The notes beneath the pieces were generated by a model that made no database searches, was not told the origin of the DNA, and saw only the letters and a program-made list of their open reading frames with translations. Source: Thermoanaerobaculia bacterium (GTDB taxonomy: Bacteria; Acidobacteriota; Thermoanaerobaculia; UBA5066). Taken from it: a stretch of DNA of 64,000 nt. The DNA lies in contig DATKLW010000195.1 of assembly GCA_035542215.1 (NCBI GenBank), positions 4,520 through 68,519 of the forward strand, written 5' to 3'. Below are positions 5,828 through 16,076 of this stretch, in pieces. The translations under genes were made by a program, and so were the position numbers. Position 1 is the stretch's first letter, and each line of letters begins with the position of its first letter.

Positions 5828-8495
5828 ACCGCATCCAGTCGCGGCGGCGGGCGGTCTGCTTCCAGGCGGGCGCGTCGCGATCGACGCGCACCGAGTCTTC
5901 GCTCAGCCGGTCGATGTGCGCCTCGAGCGCGCCCGCGATCGCCTCATCTTCCACGACGAGAAGCAGCTCGTTCTCCCAGTAGCCGGCCGTGACGTCCAGG
6001 TTCGCGCTGCCGACGGAACAGACGCGGCCGTCCACGCTCACGACCTTCGCGTGGACGTGGGGGTTCAGAACGCCGAGCCCCGGAGTCCAGCCGGGCTGCT
6101 CGGGCACCGCGAACTGATAGCACTCGGCGCCGGCCGCGACGAGCGCGTCGATCCGCGAGTGCACGAGCTCCGTCGCCGCGACCCGGGCCGTGCCCCAGGG
6201 TCCCTCGAAGCGCTTGCCGCTGTGCGTCGGCGTCAGATTGCCGAAAAACGTGCGCACCCTCACGCCGCGACGGAGCGCGCGCAGCATCGCGTGCTGGATC
6301 TCGAGGACCAGTGGAAAGCCGTTCACGGCGTATACGTGCGACGTCGCGGTCTCGATGAGCGCGAGGTAGGCCTCGAGCGTGGCGGCGTCGCGAAGCCCGA
6401 GGTGGACGACGACGCGCGCGGACGAGAGCCCGCACGCCGGGAGCTCGGCGATTTCGAAGGCGGCACCTCCCGCCTCGGTCCATGCCCCGAAGAACGAACG
6501 CTCCAGCGCGGTTGCGGCCGGGCCTTCCACCCGCGCGCCCGCGTCCAGCCACGGCACCTCCCGCCACAACGACCGGGGAGTGAGCCTCACTTCCTCGAAG
6601 CCGGTGTAGTACTCGTGTGAGAGATTGCGGCCGCCGAGGAGCGCCACCTCGCCGTCGACGATGGCGACCTTGCGATGGTCTCGCTGCTTCAGATCTTCGA
6701 GCGAGGGAACTCCGGTGACGGGCCGCAGGACCCGGAGCTCGACACCCGGGCGGCTTCCGAGGCGCTCGAGGAGCGGATTTCGCATGCCGAGCGAGCCGTG
6801 AAGACCGTGCAGCGAGTCGACGACGACGCGCACCGTGACGCCCCGCGCGCCCGCCGCGGCCAGCGCGGACTCGACCTCCGTGCCCACGTCGTCGTCCGCC
6901 GCCATGTAGACCTGGTAGTGGACACGCCGTCTGCTTTTTCCGATCGCTTCGAGGAGCCAGCGGCGCGCCTTCACGTTGTCTAACTCGACCTCGATGCGGT
7001 TGCCGTTCAGGAGTGGCGCGCCCGTCGTCGCCTCGAGGCGGCTCGCGAGAGACGGAGGTCCCGGCACGGACGGCTCGACGCGCCACCGCATCGAGGCGAT
7101 GTCCACCGCCCGCAGAGCCGCGAAGCCGATCGTGGACGGCTTGTGTGGGCCCTTGTGAACGATCGCCACGATCGGAAAACCCGCGGCGCGCATCCTCGAC
7201 CCGACGCGCGCGAGCCGCACGGGATCGACCTCGGCCGGGACATCGAACGCCTCGCCTTCGTCCAGCACGGCGCTCGCGTCCGCCACGCGCGGGGGGAGGC
7301 CGGCCTTGCGCAGCCGCTCGCGGATCGCCTTGCAGCTCTGGATCGGACGCAGCCGCACGGCGAGCACATCGGGCGCCTCGGGACCGCTGAGTTCCGCGAG
7401 CCCCGACAGGTCCGCGTCCGCGAGGTCCGCGTCGAAGAGGAGAAGCGGCCGCGAGAGAGGGCGGATGACGTCGACCCGCTCTTCGATCGCGGTCAGTGGA
7501 TCGGGCGCTCCGCCCGCTTCCACGCGAAACACGCCGAGTGATCCTGCGCCGGCATCCGCCGGGAGCTCGGCGTCGCCGTCGCTGGTCGTGACGACGGCCA
7601 CGATCCGGCCACCGGAGACGAACGCGACCTGCTGATCGGGAATCGGCTCGCGCCGCCCCACCCCGAGCCCGGTGTCGAAGCGCGCGGAAATCACGCCACC
7701 TTCCGCGACGAGATCCGGCACGTCGAGAGGGCGCCGGAGCACGGGCCCGGCCGCGGCCATGTGAGGGAGCACCAGAATCGGCGTGGGCCAGTCCCCCGCC
7801 GCGAGCAGGGCACCCGGAGAGCGCGCGAGGACCAGCAGATCGATGGCGCCCTCCCGCGCCCGTTCGCCGAACCATCGGAGTCGTGACGCCGCCTGCGGCG
7901 TGACGAGCTCGACGGCCGCCTCGATGCCGGCTACGTTCAGCGCGGCGGCGAGGTCGCCCGGCGACCCGGCTTCGGGGTGAAGGACGGTGGCGTGGAGGCC
8001 GGGCGCGCCATGGTCGCGCAGGAACGCCTCGACGGCGGCGCGCGCGCGGCCTCCCACCGCCACGCAGAGGAGCCTCGTGATCGGGCGATCGCTCGCCGGC
8101 GCGGCCGCGGTCCACAGGACGGCCAGGGATTGGCGCTTGCGCAGCTCCGCGGCGACGGGAATGCTCCGGAGCGACAGTCGTCCGGTCGCCAGCAGGTCGA
8201 TCTTCGACGCCGCCGTGATCTCAGCCAGATCGTCGACGGCAAGCTCGGGCGCGAACTTCACCTCGACCGCTCGCGCGGCGCCCGCCGTCGCGGTCCGGAG
8301 GGCTGCGAGCAACGCCGTCACCGCCTCGTTCAGATCGCCGGGGTTGTCGCCCGAAAACCAGGCGAACTTGCGAGCGGGCAAACAGGCGACAGCCACCAGC
8401 AGCTCCGCGTCAGGCGCCAACCGCCGGACCGTCGCGATCTCCGCACGCGCATCTCCGCCGAGCTCGGTGATGAAAAGGATGCGGCGATATGTCAT
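5802..8495 (-). CDS. large fusion protein: tandem universal-stress-protein-like N-terminus plus a PLD/cardiolipin-synthase-like C-terminus
   Basis: The HKD motifs are HRKVAIVDGEVALLGGRNLSHEYY and HAKVVSVDGRVCSVGSANLD. The N-terminal ~250 aa look like two USP-type alpha/beta units (RILFITELGGD..., RLLCVAVGG...LLVLAR). The track start at 8501 is a TTG. ATG 8495 forms an ATGA overlap with the upstream stop. Confidence 0.8.
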   Translation of the reverse strand: MTYRRILFITELGGDARAEIATVRRLAPDAELLVAVACLPARKFAWFSGDNPGDLNEAVTALLAALRTATAGAARAVEVKFAPELAVDDLAEITAASKIDLLATGRLSLRSIPVAAELRKRQSLAVLWTAAAPASDRPITRLLCVAVGGRARAAVEAFLRDHGAPGLHATVLHPEAGSPGDLAAALNVAGIEAAVELVTPQAASRLRWFGERAREGAIDLLVLARSPGALLAAGDWPTPILVLPHMAAAGPVLRRPLDVPDLVAEGGVISARFDTGLGVGRREPIPDQQVAFVSGGRIVAVVTTSDGDAELPADAGAGSLGVFRVEAGGAPDPLTAIEERVDVIRPLSRPLLLFDADLADADLSGLAELSGPEAPDVLAVRLRPIQSCKAIRERLRKAGLPPRVADASAVLDEGEAFDVPAEVDPVRLARVGSRMRAAGFPIVAIVHKGPHKPSTIGFAALRAVDIASMRWRVEPSVPGPPSLASRLEATTGAPLLNGNRIEVELDNVKARRWLLEAIGKSRRRVHYQVYMAADDDVGTEVESALAAAGARGVTVRVVVDSLHGLHGSLGMRNPLLERLGSRPGVELRVLRPVTGVPSLEDLKQRDHRKVAIVDGEVALLGGRNLSHEYYTGFEEVRLTPRSLWREVPWLDAGARVEGPAATALERSFFGAWTEAGGAAFEIAELPACGLSSARVVVHLGLRDAATLEAYLALIETATSHVYAVNGFPLVLEIQHAMLRALRRGVRVRTFFGNLTPTHSGKRFEGPWGTARVAATELVHSRIDALVAAGAECYQFAVPEQPGWTPGLGVLNPHVHAKVVSVDGRVCSVGSANLDVTAGYWENELLLVVEDEAIAGALEAHIDRLSEDSVRVDRDAPAWKQTARRRDWMRYWPSVMSV

Positions 8496-9415
8496 ACGCA
8501 ACCCTCTCGTGCCGCAATCGTCGTCCGTCGCAACGTCCCGCCTTCGGGATCGAACACGTGCGCTTCGACCGTCGCAATTCTTCCATGGTCGTCGATTTCG
8601 TACAGGTTGAAGCCGGCCCGGATCGAGGAGTCCGGGTGGTCCAGCGCGGCGCCGCTCGCGGCGACGACGTCGAGGGCCCCCGCCGCCGTCTTGAGAACGC
8701 AGCGCACGCGCACGTGCAGGTGACCGAAGAGCACGAGCCCGCGCTCGAGCGGTTCGAGAACGCTCCGAAGCGATGCGGCGTCGACGAGCCCGTCCCGGAA
8801 CCGTGCCAGCCGGCTCCGCCCGTCGACGGGCGGATGATGAATCAGGACCACGGGCGTGCGACGCGCGACCTCGGGGTGGGCGAGCAGTCGAGTAAGAGCC
8901 GCGCGCTGGGCCTCGCCGACGACGCCCGCGGCGACGAACGGGGGCCGCGGCACCGCGCTCGAGAGCGCGATGATCGCGGCGGGCCCGCGCAGTTTCACGA
9001 CGGGATAGGACCCGGCGGGCAGGTCGACCGCGAACGCGGGGAGGTCGCTCCGAAGAAACGCGCCGAAGTGATGGAAAAAGCGTCGCTCTCGCGCGACGGA
9101 CGGCAGATAGATGTCGTGGTTGCCGGGGACGACCGTGACCTCCGCGGAACGCGCGACGCCGTCGAGGAGCCGCCGCGATTCCTCGTACTCGCTCTCGAGC
9201 GCGAGGTTCGTGATGTCACCGGTGACGACGACGTGGTCCGCGTGCGCCGCGGCGGACGCGAGCACCGCGAGCAGGTAATCGCGGCGATGCACGCGGCCGC
9301 GGCGCAGGACTAGGTTTGCGAGGCCCGTGATGCGCTTGTTGAAGAGAATCCTCCGCCACTCGACCCCGGTTCGCGAAAGGACGTGAAGGTCGGAGACGTG
9401 TGCGATGCGCAGCAA
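8492..9415 (-). CDS. calcineurin-like metallophosphoesterase
   Basis: Motifs seen: IAHVSDLHV, VVTGDITN, VVPGNHD, LIHHPP and FGHLHV. The track start at 9520 would overlap xfp by 77 nt. TTG 9415 with GGAG 9 nt upstream avoids the overlap, but the start remains uncertain. Confidence 0.75.
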   Translation of the reverse strand: MLRIAHVSDLHVLSRTGVEWRRILFNKRITGLANLVLRRGRVHRRDYLLAVLASAAAHADHVVVTGDITNLALESEYEESRRLLDGVARSAEVTVVPGNHDIYLPSVARERRFFHHFGAFLRSDLPAFAVDLPAGSYPVVKLRGPAAIIALSSAVPRPPFVAAGVVGEAQRAALTRLLAHPEVARRTPVVLIHHPPVDGRSRLARFRDGLVDAASLRSVLEPLERGLVLFGHLHVRVRCVLKTAAGALDVVAASGAALDHPDSSIRAGFNLYEIDDHGRIATVEAHVFDPEGGTLRRTTIAAREGCV

Positions 9416-9443
9416 GGCGGCGGCTCCGTCGCGGCGTCGTGCC

Positions 9444-11831
9444 CTAGAGGTTCTTCGCCTGATTCGAGACGTTCCACTCCCAGTTACGGATCTCCGGCAG
9501 GTCCTCGCCGTATTTGGCAATGTACTGCTTGTGCTCGACCAGCCTGTCCTTGAGCTGCTGCTTCAAATAAATGCCCAGGGCGCCGGTCTGTGGCAGTCGG
9601 TCGATCGTGTCCATCACGAGATGAAAACGATCCAGGTCGTTCAGCACCGCCATGTCGAAGGGCGTGGTGATCGTGCCCTCCTCCTTGTAGCCGCGGACGT
9701 GGATGTTGTCGTGGTTCGAGCGCCGATACGCCAGCCGATGGATCAGCCACGGGTAGCCGTGGAAGGCGAAGATGACCGGCTTGTCCCTCGTGAAGAGCTC
9801 GTCGAATTCCAGGTCGGAGAGCCCGTGTGGGTGCTCTGTGTCCGGCTGCAGCTTCATGAGGTCGACGACGTTCACGACCCTGACCTTCAGGTCGGGCAGG
9901 TGCGCGCGCAGGATGGAGACGGCGGCAAGCGTCTCGAGCGTCGGTACGTCGCCGCAGCAGGCCATGACGACATCGGGCGGAGCGCCCTGGTCGTTGCTCG
10001 CCCACTGCCAGATCCCGATGCCCTCCGTGCAGTGTTTCACGGCAGCGTCCATCGAGAGCCACTGCGGCGCCGGATGTTTTCCGGCGACGACCACGTTGAC
10101 GTAATGGCGGCTGCGCAGGCAGTGGTCCATCACCGAAAGCAGGCAGTTCGCATCCGGCGGAAGGTAGACGCGCACGACTCCGGCCTTCTTGTTCACGACG
10201 TGATCGAGGAACCCGGGATCCTGGTGCGTGAATCCGTTGTGATCCTGTCGCCAGACATGTGAAGCCAGCAGGTAGTTCAACGACGCGATCGGACGGCGCC
10301 ACGGCAGGCGAGAGGTGACCTTCAGCCACTTGGCGTGCTGATTGAACATCGAATCGACGATGTGGATGAACGCTTCGTAGCAGTTGAAAACGCCGTGCCG
10401 GCCGGTGAGCAGGTAGCCCTCGAGCCAGCCTTCACACTGATGCTCGCTCAGCATCTCCATCACGCGCCCGGCGGGCGCGAGGAATTCGTCGCCCGGCAAG
10501 GTGGTGGCATTCCACTGGCGCTGCGTCGCCTCGAAGAGCGCCTCCAGGCCGTTAGAGAGCGTTTCGTCGGGTCCGAACACCCGGAAATTCCGCTGCTCGG
10601 CGTTCCGCGCGACCACGTCGCGCAGGAAACGCCCGAGCACGTGCGTGTCGCCGATGCCGCGCACGCCCGGCGAGGGCACGTCGGCCGCGTAGTCGCGAAA
10701 ATCCGGCAACCTCAGGTCGCGGAGGAGCGCCCCGCCGTTCGCATGGGGGTTCGCGCCCATGCGCCGCCCGCCCTCCGGCGCCAGCTCCGCCAGCTCCGGC
10801 CGCAGGCGGCCCCGCTCGTCGAACAGCTCCTCCGGCCGGTAGCTCCTGAGCCACTCTTCGAGAAGCCCGAGGTGCTCCGGGGGGGCCGTCGGCGACACGG
10901 CGAGGGGAACCTGATGAGACCGGAACGATCCCTCGATCCGCTGGCCGTCGATCACCTTCGGCCCCGTCCAGCCCTTGGGCGAGTCGAGGACGATCATCGG
11001 CCAGCGCGGACGGGAGAGATCGCCGCGCACGCGTGCCTCCCGCTGGATGTGCTTGATCCGCTCCACCGCCGTGTCGAGCGCCGTGGCCATCGCCTCGTGC
11101 ATCGGCCCAGGCTCGTGACCCTCGACGAAGAGGGGCGTCCACCCGCATCCGCGCAGGAACTGCTCCAGCTCCTCGCGTGTGATGCGCGCCAGGAGGGTCG
11201 GGTTGGAGATCTTGTAGCCGTTGAGGTGCAGGATCGGCAGCACGGCACCGTCGGTCACCGGATCGAGGAATTTGTTCGAATGCCACGCCGTGGCGAGCGG
11301 TCCGGTCTCCGCCTCGCCGTCGCCGACCACGCAGGCGACGATCAGGCCGGGATTGTCGAACACCGCCCCGAACGCGTGGCTGAGCGAGTATCCCAGCTCG
11401 CCGCCCTCGTGGATCGATCCGGGACACTCCGGTGATGCGTGGCTCGGAATGCCTCCGGGGAAGGAAAACTGCAGGAAGAGCTCCCGAAGACCGGCCTCGT
11501 CCTGGCTGACGTCGGGATAGATTTCGCTGTACGTGCCCTCGAGGTAGGTATTGCCGACGACGGCCGGGCCGCCGTGCCCGGGCCCGGACACGTAGATCAT
11601 GTCGAGGTCGTATTTCCGGATCGCGCGATTCAGGTGCACGTAGATGAAGTTCTGCCCCGGGGTCGTGCCCCAGTGTCCCAGGAGCATGTGCTTCACGTCC
11701 GCGAGCCTCAGCGGCCGCTTGAGGAGAGGGTTGTCGCGGAGATAGATCTGGCCGACCGCGAGATAGTTCGCGGCGCGCCAGTAGGCGTCGACCTTCCGGA
11801 GCAGCTCCGGCGTGAGTGTGCGGTCGTTCAT
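9444..11831 (-). CDS. xfp: xylulose-5-phosphate / fructose-6-phosphate phosphoketolase
   Basis: The 795-aa product begins ...[32 protein letters not shown]...[17 protein letters not shown], the diagnostic phosphoketolase N-terminus and length. Confidence 0.95.
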   Translation of the reverse strand: MNDRTLTPELLRKVDAYWRAANYLAVGQIYLRDNPLLKRPLRLADVKHMLLGHWGTTPGQNFIYVHLNRAIRKYDLDMIYVSGPGHGGPAVVGNTYLEGTYSEIYPDVSQDEAGLRELFLQFSFPGGIPSHASPECPGSIHEGGELGYSLSHAFGAVFDNPGLIVACVVGDGEAETGPLATAWHSNKFLDPVTDGAVLPILHLNGYKISNPTLLARITREELEQFLRGCGWTPLFVEGHEPGPMHEAMATALDTAVERIKHIQREARVRGDLSRPRWPMIVLDSPKGWTGPKVIDGQRIEGSFRSHQVPLAVSPTAPPEHLGLLEEWLRSYRPEELFDERGRLRPELAELAPEGGRRMGANPHANGGALLRDLRLPDFRDYAADVPSPGVRGIGDTHVLGRFLRDVVARNAEQRNFRVFGPDETLSNGLEALFEATQRQWNATTLPGDEFLAPAGRVMEMLSEHQCEGWLEGYLLTGRHGVFNCYEAFIHIVDSMFNQHAKWLKVTSRLPWRRPIASLNYLLASHVWRQDHNGFTHQDPGFLDHVVNKKAGVVRVYLPPDANCLLSVMDHCLRSRHYVNVVVAGKHPAPQWLSMDAAVKHCTEGIGIWQWASNDQGAPPDVVMACCGDVPTLETLAAVSILRAHLPDLKVRVVNVVDLMKLQPDTEHPHGLSDLEFDELFTRDKPVIFAFHGYPWLIHRLAYRRSNHDNIHVRGYKEEGTITTPFDMAVLNDLDRFHLVMDTIDRLPQTGALGIYLKQQLKDRLVEHKQYIAKYGEDLPEIRNWEWNVSNQAKNL

Positions 11832-11834
11832 GGC

Positions 11835-13043
11835 TCAAATGTCCCGAAGCGTGCCCAGATTGAGGACCCGGCACACCGTTCTCGCGATCACGCCTTCTTC
11901 GTCCGTCCGAATGACTCGGACCGAGACCCGGCTTCCCGCTCCGGAAATCACACCCTCATTCGCCGCGTTTCGCCTCTCGTCCAGCGCGATTCCGAGGAAG
12001 CCGAGGTCCTCGCAGATCCGGGCGCGGATGATCGATGCGTTTTCGCCGATGCCGCCCGTGAAGACGAGCGTCTCCACGCCGCCCAGGGCCGCCGCGAACG
12101 CGCCGATCCATTTCTTGACCTGGTAGCAGAACACCTCGACCGCCTCGGCCGCCCGCACGTCCCGCGTTTCACAGTCGAGCAGCGCGCGCATGTCTGAGCT
12201 GGTTTCCGAGATCCCGAGCAGACCGGAGTCGAAGTTCACCATTTCATTGAATCGGCGGGCATCGAGGCCCTCGGTCTGCGCGAGATACCAGAAGAGGCCT
12301 GGATCGAGATCGCCCGAGCGCGTGCTCATCGGCACGCCGGCCGTCGGAGTGAAACTCATGCTCGTGTCGACGGACTTGCCATCGCGAACCGCCGCCAGGC
12401 TCGCACCGTTACCGAGGTGCGCGAGAATCACACGGCCATGCGCCGCCTGCGCTCCGGCCAGTCGGGCGAGCTCTTCCATAAGAAACGAATAAGAAAGCCC
12501 GTGAAATCCGTACCGCCTTACCCCCTGGGCTTCGTACCGACGCGGGATCGGGAGCAGACGGACCACGCGGGGCAGGTCGTGGTGAAAGGCCGTGTCGAAA
12601 CACGCCACCTGAGGCAGGTCGCCGAATCGGCGGTGAAACGCCTCGGTCAGCAGGATCTCCTCCGGCAAATGTTCCGGATCGAATGGACTGAGCCGGCGCA
12701 GATCCTCGACCATCCCCGCGGTGATCCGCCGCGGCTCGTGATACGTCGGGCCGCCATGCACGACGCGGTGTCCCACCGCGGTCAGGTCGTCCCGCACGCG
12801 GCTCTCCTCGATCCAGTCCATCAGGGCGCCGACCGCCGCGGTGTGGTCCGGCGCCATCACCGGCCGCGAAAAGTCCTCCGCCCGGTCCGGTCCCTTCACG
12901 CGGAAAGTGGCATTCGGCAGTCCAATTCGCTCGATCCCGCCGTCAAGAATCCGCCGGAGAGCATTGCCGGGCTCGAAGAGCGCGAACTTGATGCTCGACG
13001 AACCGCCGTTGATCGTCAGGATTCGCCCGGGTCCTCGTCTCAT
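11835..13043 (-). CDS. ackA: acetate kinase
   Basis: It shows ILTINGGSSSIKFALF, HRVVHGG, FHGLSY and TGGIGEN. It lies 3 nt upstream of xfp. Confidence 0.95.
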   Translation of the reverse strand: MRRGPGRILTINGGSSSIKFALFEPGNALRRILDGGIERIGLPNATFRVKGPDRAEDFSRPVMAPDHTAAVGALMDWIEESRVRDDLTAVGHRVVHGGPTYHEPRRITAGMVEDLRRLSPFDPEHLPEEILLTEAFHRRFGDLPQVACFDTAFHHDLPRVVRLLPIPRRYEAQGVRRYGFHGLSYSFLMEELARLAGAQAAHGRVILAHLGNGASLAAVRDGKSVDTSMSFTPTAGVPMSTRSGDLDPGLFWYLAQTEGLDARRFNEMVNFDSGLLGISETSSDMRALLDCETRDVRAAEAVEVFCYQVKKWIGAFAAALGGVETLVFTGGIGENASIIRARICEDLGFLGIALDERRNAANEGVISGAGSRVSVRVIRTDEEGVIARTVCRVLNLGTLRDI

Positions 13044-13054
13044 GAACGACGCCG

Positions 13055-13603
13055 CTAGGACTTCTTCTTAGGCGGGAAGCGCTCGAAGAGTCGTCTCACG
13101 GCCTCGTCGAGCACGTCGTGCTCCTTCTCGGCGGAGTCCTCCGAGTGGAGCTCGCTCGTCGCCGTTCCTCGCCAGGCGAGTTCATTTCTCGCCGCGTCCA
13201 CGAGGTCGACGATCAGCGTCCCGACCGGCACCTCCTGTACCTGCGTGGTCGCGGTTCGGTCACCGTAGCCGTAGGCAGGCGCCCAGCCCCAGCCGTAGCC
13301 CCAGCTGTTGCTGAAGAGGCTCAGTGTGATTTCCCTCGAGAAGCGGGTGTGGACCGCGATCTTCAGATCGGCGCCATTGTCCGCGCGGACGAGTCCCCTC
13401 GCCTGCAGCTGCTTGTCCACGGCCGCCTCGATATGGGCCCGAACGAAAGGACTCGTGATTTGCTGCGTCTCGAGCCAGGAGTATGTCTTGTATTTCGTGA
13501 AGTCGGCTCCAGGGTCGTAGTTCGTCTGGATGGAAATCGAGGAGCAGCCGACGACGGCCACGAGGGCGACGGCTGCAAGAGAGATACGGAGTGCCTTTTT
13601 CAT
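13055..13603 (-). CDS. DUF4136-like lipoprotein
   Basis: It has a GGGGGAG RBS and the lipobox MKKALRISLAAVALVAVVGCSS, followed by YDPGADFTKYKTYSW...VPVGTLIVDLVDAARNELAWRG. It is a paralog of 48276-48809. The upstream part of track ORF 13055-14359 is an antisense shadow of the kinase gene. Confidence 0.75.
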   Translation of the reverse strand: MKKALRISLAAVALVAVVGCSSISIQTNYDPGADFTKYKTYSWLETQQITSPFVRAHIEAAVDKQLQARGLVRADNGADLKIAVHTRFSREITLSLFSNSWGYGWGWAPAYGYGDRTATTQVQEVPVGTLIVDLVDAARNELAWRGTATSELHSEDSAEKEHDVLDEAVRRLFERFPPKKKS

Positions 13604-13611
13604 ACTCCCCC

Positions 13612-15282
13612 TCATGTCTCCTTGTCCGAAGTGATGTCCCCGGATTTCTTGATGGCCCGCAGCAGGCGCCAGCCGAGATAGATCGCTGCCAGGTAACCGG
13701 CGCCTCCAACCACAGAAACGTCCTTGATCGTCGGCGGCGCTTTCATGCTCCAGAGCAGGGAGGAGCCGACGAACAGCGCGGCGGTCCATACTCCGAGCAC
13801 GAGGCGGTTCACGACCGGGTTGATGTTCCGGTGGTCGAGGTGGACGGAGAAGCTGCCGTCGCGCACACGCCTGAGAAGCTCGTTCAGGTCGCGCGGCAGG
13901 GACGCCGCGAGCCGCTCCCATTCGCCTGCCGCGTGTTGAAGCCGGCCCAGGATGCGCCGGACCGAGAGTCGCTTGCGCACCATTTTTTCGTAGAACGGCT
14001 GGACGACTTCGGCGAGGCTGAACTCCGGGCTCAGCCGTTGGGCCGTTCCCTCCAGCTCGACCAGCGTGCGCAGGAGCATCGTGACCGCAGGCGGCAGCGT
14101 GATCGTGTAGCGCCGGATGATCTCGAACAGATCGTTCAGCGCGGCGCTCAGGTTCAAGTCGTGGATCGACTCGCCCACGTAGTCGGCGATGAAGTCGGTG
14201 AGGTCCGCACGCAGGAGGTCCCGCGGCGTCGCCGACGGCGCGGTGCTCACGCGAAGAAGCGACTCCTCGAGGTCCACCGCGCTGTGGTTCACCACGGCCA
14301 TGAGCATGTCGTTGAGGCCGTCCGCCAGCTCTTCGTCGAGGCGTCCGACCATGCCGCAATCCAGGAGCCCAACAACGCCGCCCGGTAGGAGCATGAGGTT
14401 ACCGGGATGCGGGTCGGCATGGTAGAAGGCATCGCGGAAGATCATCTCGAGAAACATCGTCGCGCCACGGCGCGCGAATTCATCGAGGTCGACGCCCGAG
14501 TTGGCGAGCGCCTTGGGATGAGTGCCCAGAATGCCGTCCAGCTTCTCCATCGTCAGGACGCGGCGAGTCGAAAACGTCGCATACGCGCGCGGCACATGGA
14601 CCGTCTCGTCCTGGGCGAAATTGGCCCCGAACTCTTCGAGGTTCCGGCGTTCGAAGCTGAAATTCAGCTCGCGGAGAAGCGTACGGCGGAACTGCCGGAC
14701 GACCTCTTCGGGCTGGTAGGGACGCAGCGGGGACGAGTGCTTCTCCGCCAGCTCGGCCAGACTGCTGAGAATGTCGAGGTCGGGCAGAATCTTCTCCTCG
14801 ATGCCGGCGTGCTGAATCTTGACGACGACGTGCTCGCCCGAGTGCAGCCGCGCCACATGGACCTGGGCGATCGAGGCCGAGGCCAGCGGCTCCTCCTTGA
14901 AGTGGGCGAACAGCGCGGCGGGCCGCTGACCGAGCTCCGCTTCTATCGTGGCCCGCACCGTGGCCGCGGAATCCGCCGGAGTGTCGGTCTGCAGCTGGGC
15001 CAGTTCTTTCGCCAGCTCGGGGCCGACGAGGTCCGGCCGCGTGCTGAGCATCTGGCCGAGCTTGATGAAGGTGGTGCCGAGCTCCGTCAAGGCCAGGCGC
15101 ACACGCTCCTCGATCTTGAGGTCGGGGATGCGCTGGCCGTCCGCACTCCGGATGCGCTCCTGGATCCACGGGGTATCCAGGCCCTTCACCCAGTCGGCCA
15201 GGCCGTACTTGGCCAGGACGCCGATGATGTCTCCGGCCCTGTGAATGTTGCGATCCAGCCGGGTGACGGCGGCTATCTTCAT
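13612..15282 (-). CDS. ABC1/UbiB family (AarF-domain) atypical kinase with C-terminal TM helices
   Basis: Seen: FIKLGQMLSTRPDLVGPELAKELAQLQ..., ASIAQVH.A.L..GE.VVVKIQ, FYHADPHPGNL and two C-terminal TM segments. Confidence 0.9.
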   Translation of the reverse strand: MKIAAVTRLDRNIHRAGDIIGVLAKYGLADWVKGLDTPWIQERIRSADGQRIPDLKIEERVRLALTELGTTFIKLGQMLSTRPDLVGPELAKELAQLQTDTPADSAATVRATIEAELGQRPAALFAHFKEEPLASASIAQVHVARLHSGEHVVVKIQHAGIEEKILPDLDILSSLAELAEKHSSPLRPYQPEEVVRQFRRTLLRELNFSFERRNLEEFGANFAQDETVHVPRAYATFSTRRVLTMEKLDGILGTHPKALANSGVDLDEFARRGATMFLEMIFRDAFYHADPHPGNLMLLPGGVVGLLDCGMVGRLDEELADGLNDMLMAVVNHSAVDLEESLLRVSTAPSATPRDLLRADLTDFIADYVGESIHDLNLSAALNDLFEIIRRYTITLPPAVTMLLRTLVELEGTAQRLSPEFSLAEVVQPFYEKMVRKRLSVRRILGRLQHAAGEWERLAASLPRDLNELLRRVRDGSFSVHLDHRNINPVVNRLVLGVWTAALFVGSSLLWSMKAPPTIKDVSVVGGAGYLAAIYLGWRLLRAIKKSGDITSDKET

Positions 15283-15447
15283 CGGCCGGCCGCGGCGTCG
15301 CGACCCGGACTTACTGGGGATGATCCCGGTGCGTTCATGGCGCCCCTCGTATTGCCCGTGAACTCCTGCCTACCGAACGCATCCGGAGCATATCGCGGGG
15401 CGTCTCTCTATCGCGTGCCGTGAGAGAACCGATGCCTGCCGGCTTCT

Positions 15448-16047
15448 TCAAGATTTTGAGGGCGTTGTGGGCTTGGCTGCTGGAGTCGGACTGCCCGCTG
15501 CGCCCTTGGCAATCTGTGAGCCGATGACCAGCCGGGCGTTGGCTTCCCGCAGCCCCTTCTCGACATCCTGAACCCAACGGTCGTCGAGCACCACGATGAG
15601 CGCGGAGCTGCCCGGCACCAGTCCGGCCTTCATCTTGTCGACTGTCTCGCGGGGAATCCCCACCGAGTCTCCGGTGAGATACCCCAGTCCGCCGCCAGCC
15701 GTGGCGCCGGCAACCGAGCCGACCGGTCCGCCCACGACGCCGATCAGGGCGCCGATCACGGCTCCGACCGCGGCGTCCTTCTTTCGCTGGTCGTGGACCT
15801 TCGTCTTGCCCTTCAGGTCTTTCGACACGACGGCATAGGACTGGATTCGTTCGCCGGTGGCTTTCTGGTTCTCCTTCATCGTTTTGAACACCTGGTTCGC
15901 AGTCTCGACCCCGTCGTACGTCGCGTAAACCAGGCTCTGAGATGTCACGTCCTGCGCGGCGATCGGGTGGGACGCGATGAGGACGGCTCCGGTCAGGACG
16001 GCCGTGGAGATCCCGAAGAGCGGAAGGACTCGTTTGAAATTTCGCAT
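15448..16047 (-). CDS. secreted or membrane DUF1269-like protein (third family member in the window)
   Basis: An AGGAGAAG RBS precedes ATG 16047. It has the signal peptide MRNFKRVLPLFGISTAVLTGAVLIASHPIAAQD and a Gly-zipper AAVGAVIGALIGVVGGPVGSVAGATAGGGLG. The flanking alpha/beta halves are like those of 1112-1831. Confidence 0.65.
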   Translation of the reverse strand: MRNFKRVLPLFGISTAVLTGAVLIASHPIAAQDVTSQSLVYATYDGVETANQVFKTMKENQKATGERIQSYAVVSKDLKGKTKVHDQRKKDAAVGAVIGALIGVVGGPVGSVAGATAGGGLGYLTGDSVGIPRETVDKMKAGLVPGSSALIVVLDDRWVQDVEKGLREANARLVIGSQIAKGAAGSPTPAAKPTTPSKS

Positions 16048-16076
16048 ATCTTCTCCTATCTGTTCCGGGCTCCGGC

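Noticed and set aside
9416-9520. The longer start (9520) for the metallophosphoesterase gene, and likewise 5502-5681 for PLD1, 8496-8501 for the USP-PLD gene and 25097-25114 for the first Rieske gene.
   Set aside because: Start 9520 overlaps the xfp coding end by 77 nt and adds an Arg-rich tail. Start 5681 adds ~60 Arg/Ser-rich residues ahead of a strong GGAAGGAG-GTG site. Position 8501 is a TTG, whereas ATG 8495 forms an ATGA coupling. The TTG at 25114 lies inside the TTGC of the sigma-54 -12 box. All remain possible, so confidence on these starts is limited.
13604-14359. The N-terminal 250 aa of track ORF 13055-14359. Analogous long N-terminal extensions occur in ORFs 50256-52874, 1027-2436, 38259-40496, 39041-42211, 35316-36374 and 24166-24780.
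   Set aside because: The extensions are Arg/Pro-rich and overlap neighbouring real genes. Internal ATG codons preceded by GGAG-type RBS give products that start where the homologous families start.
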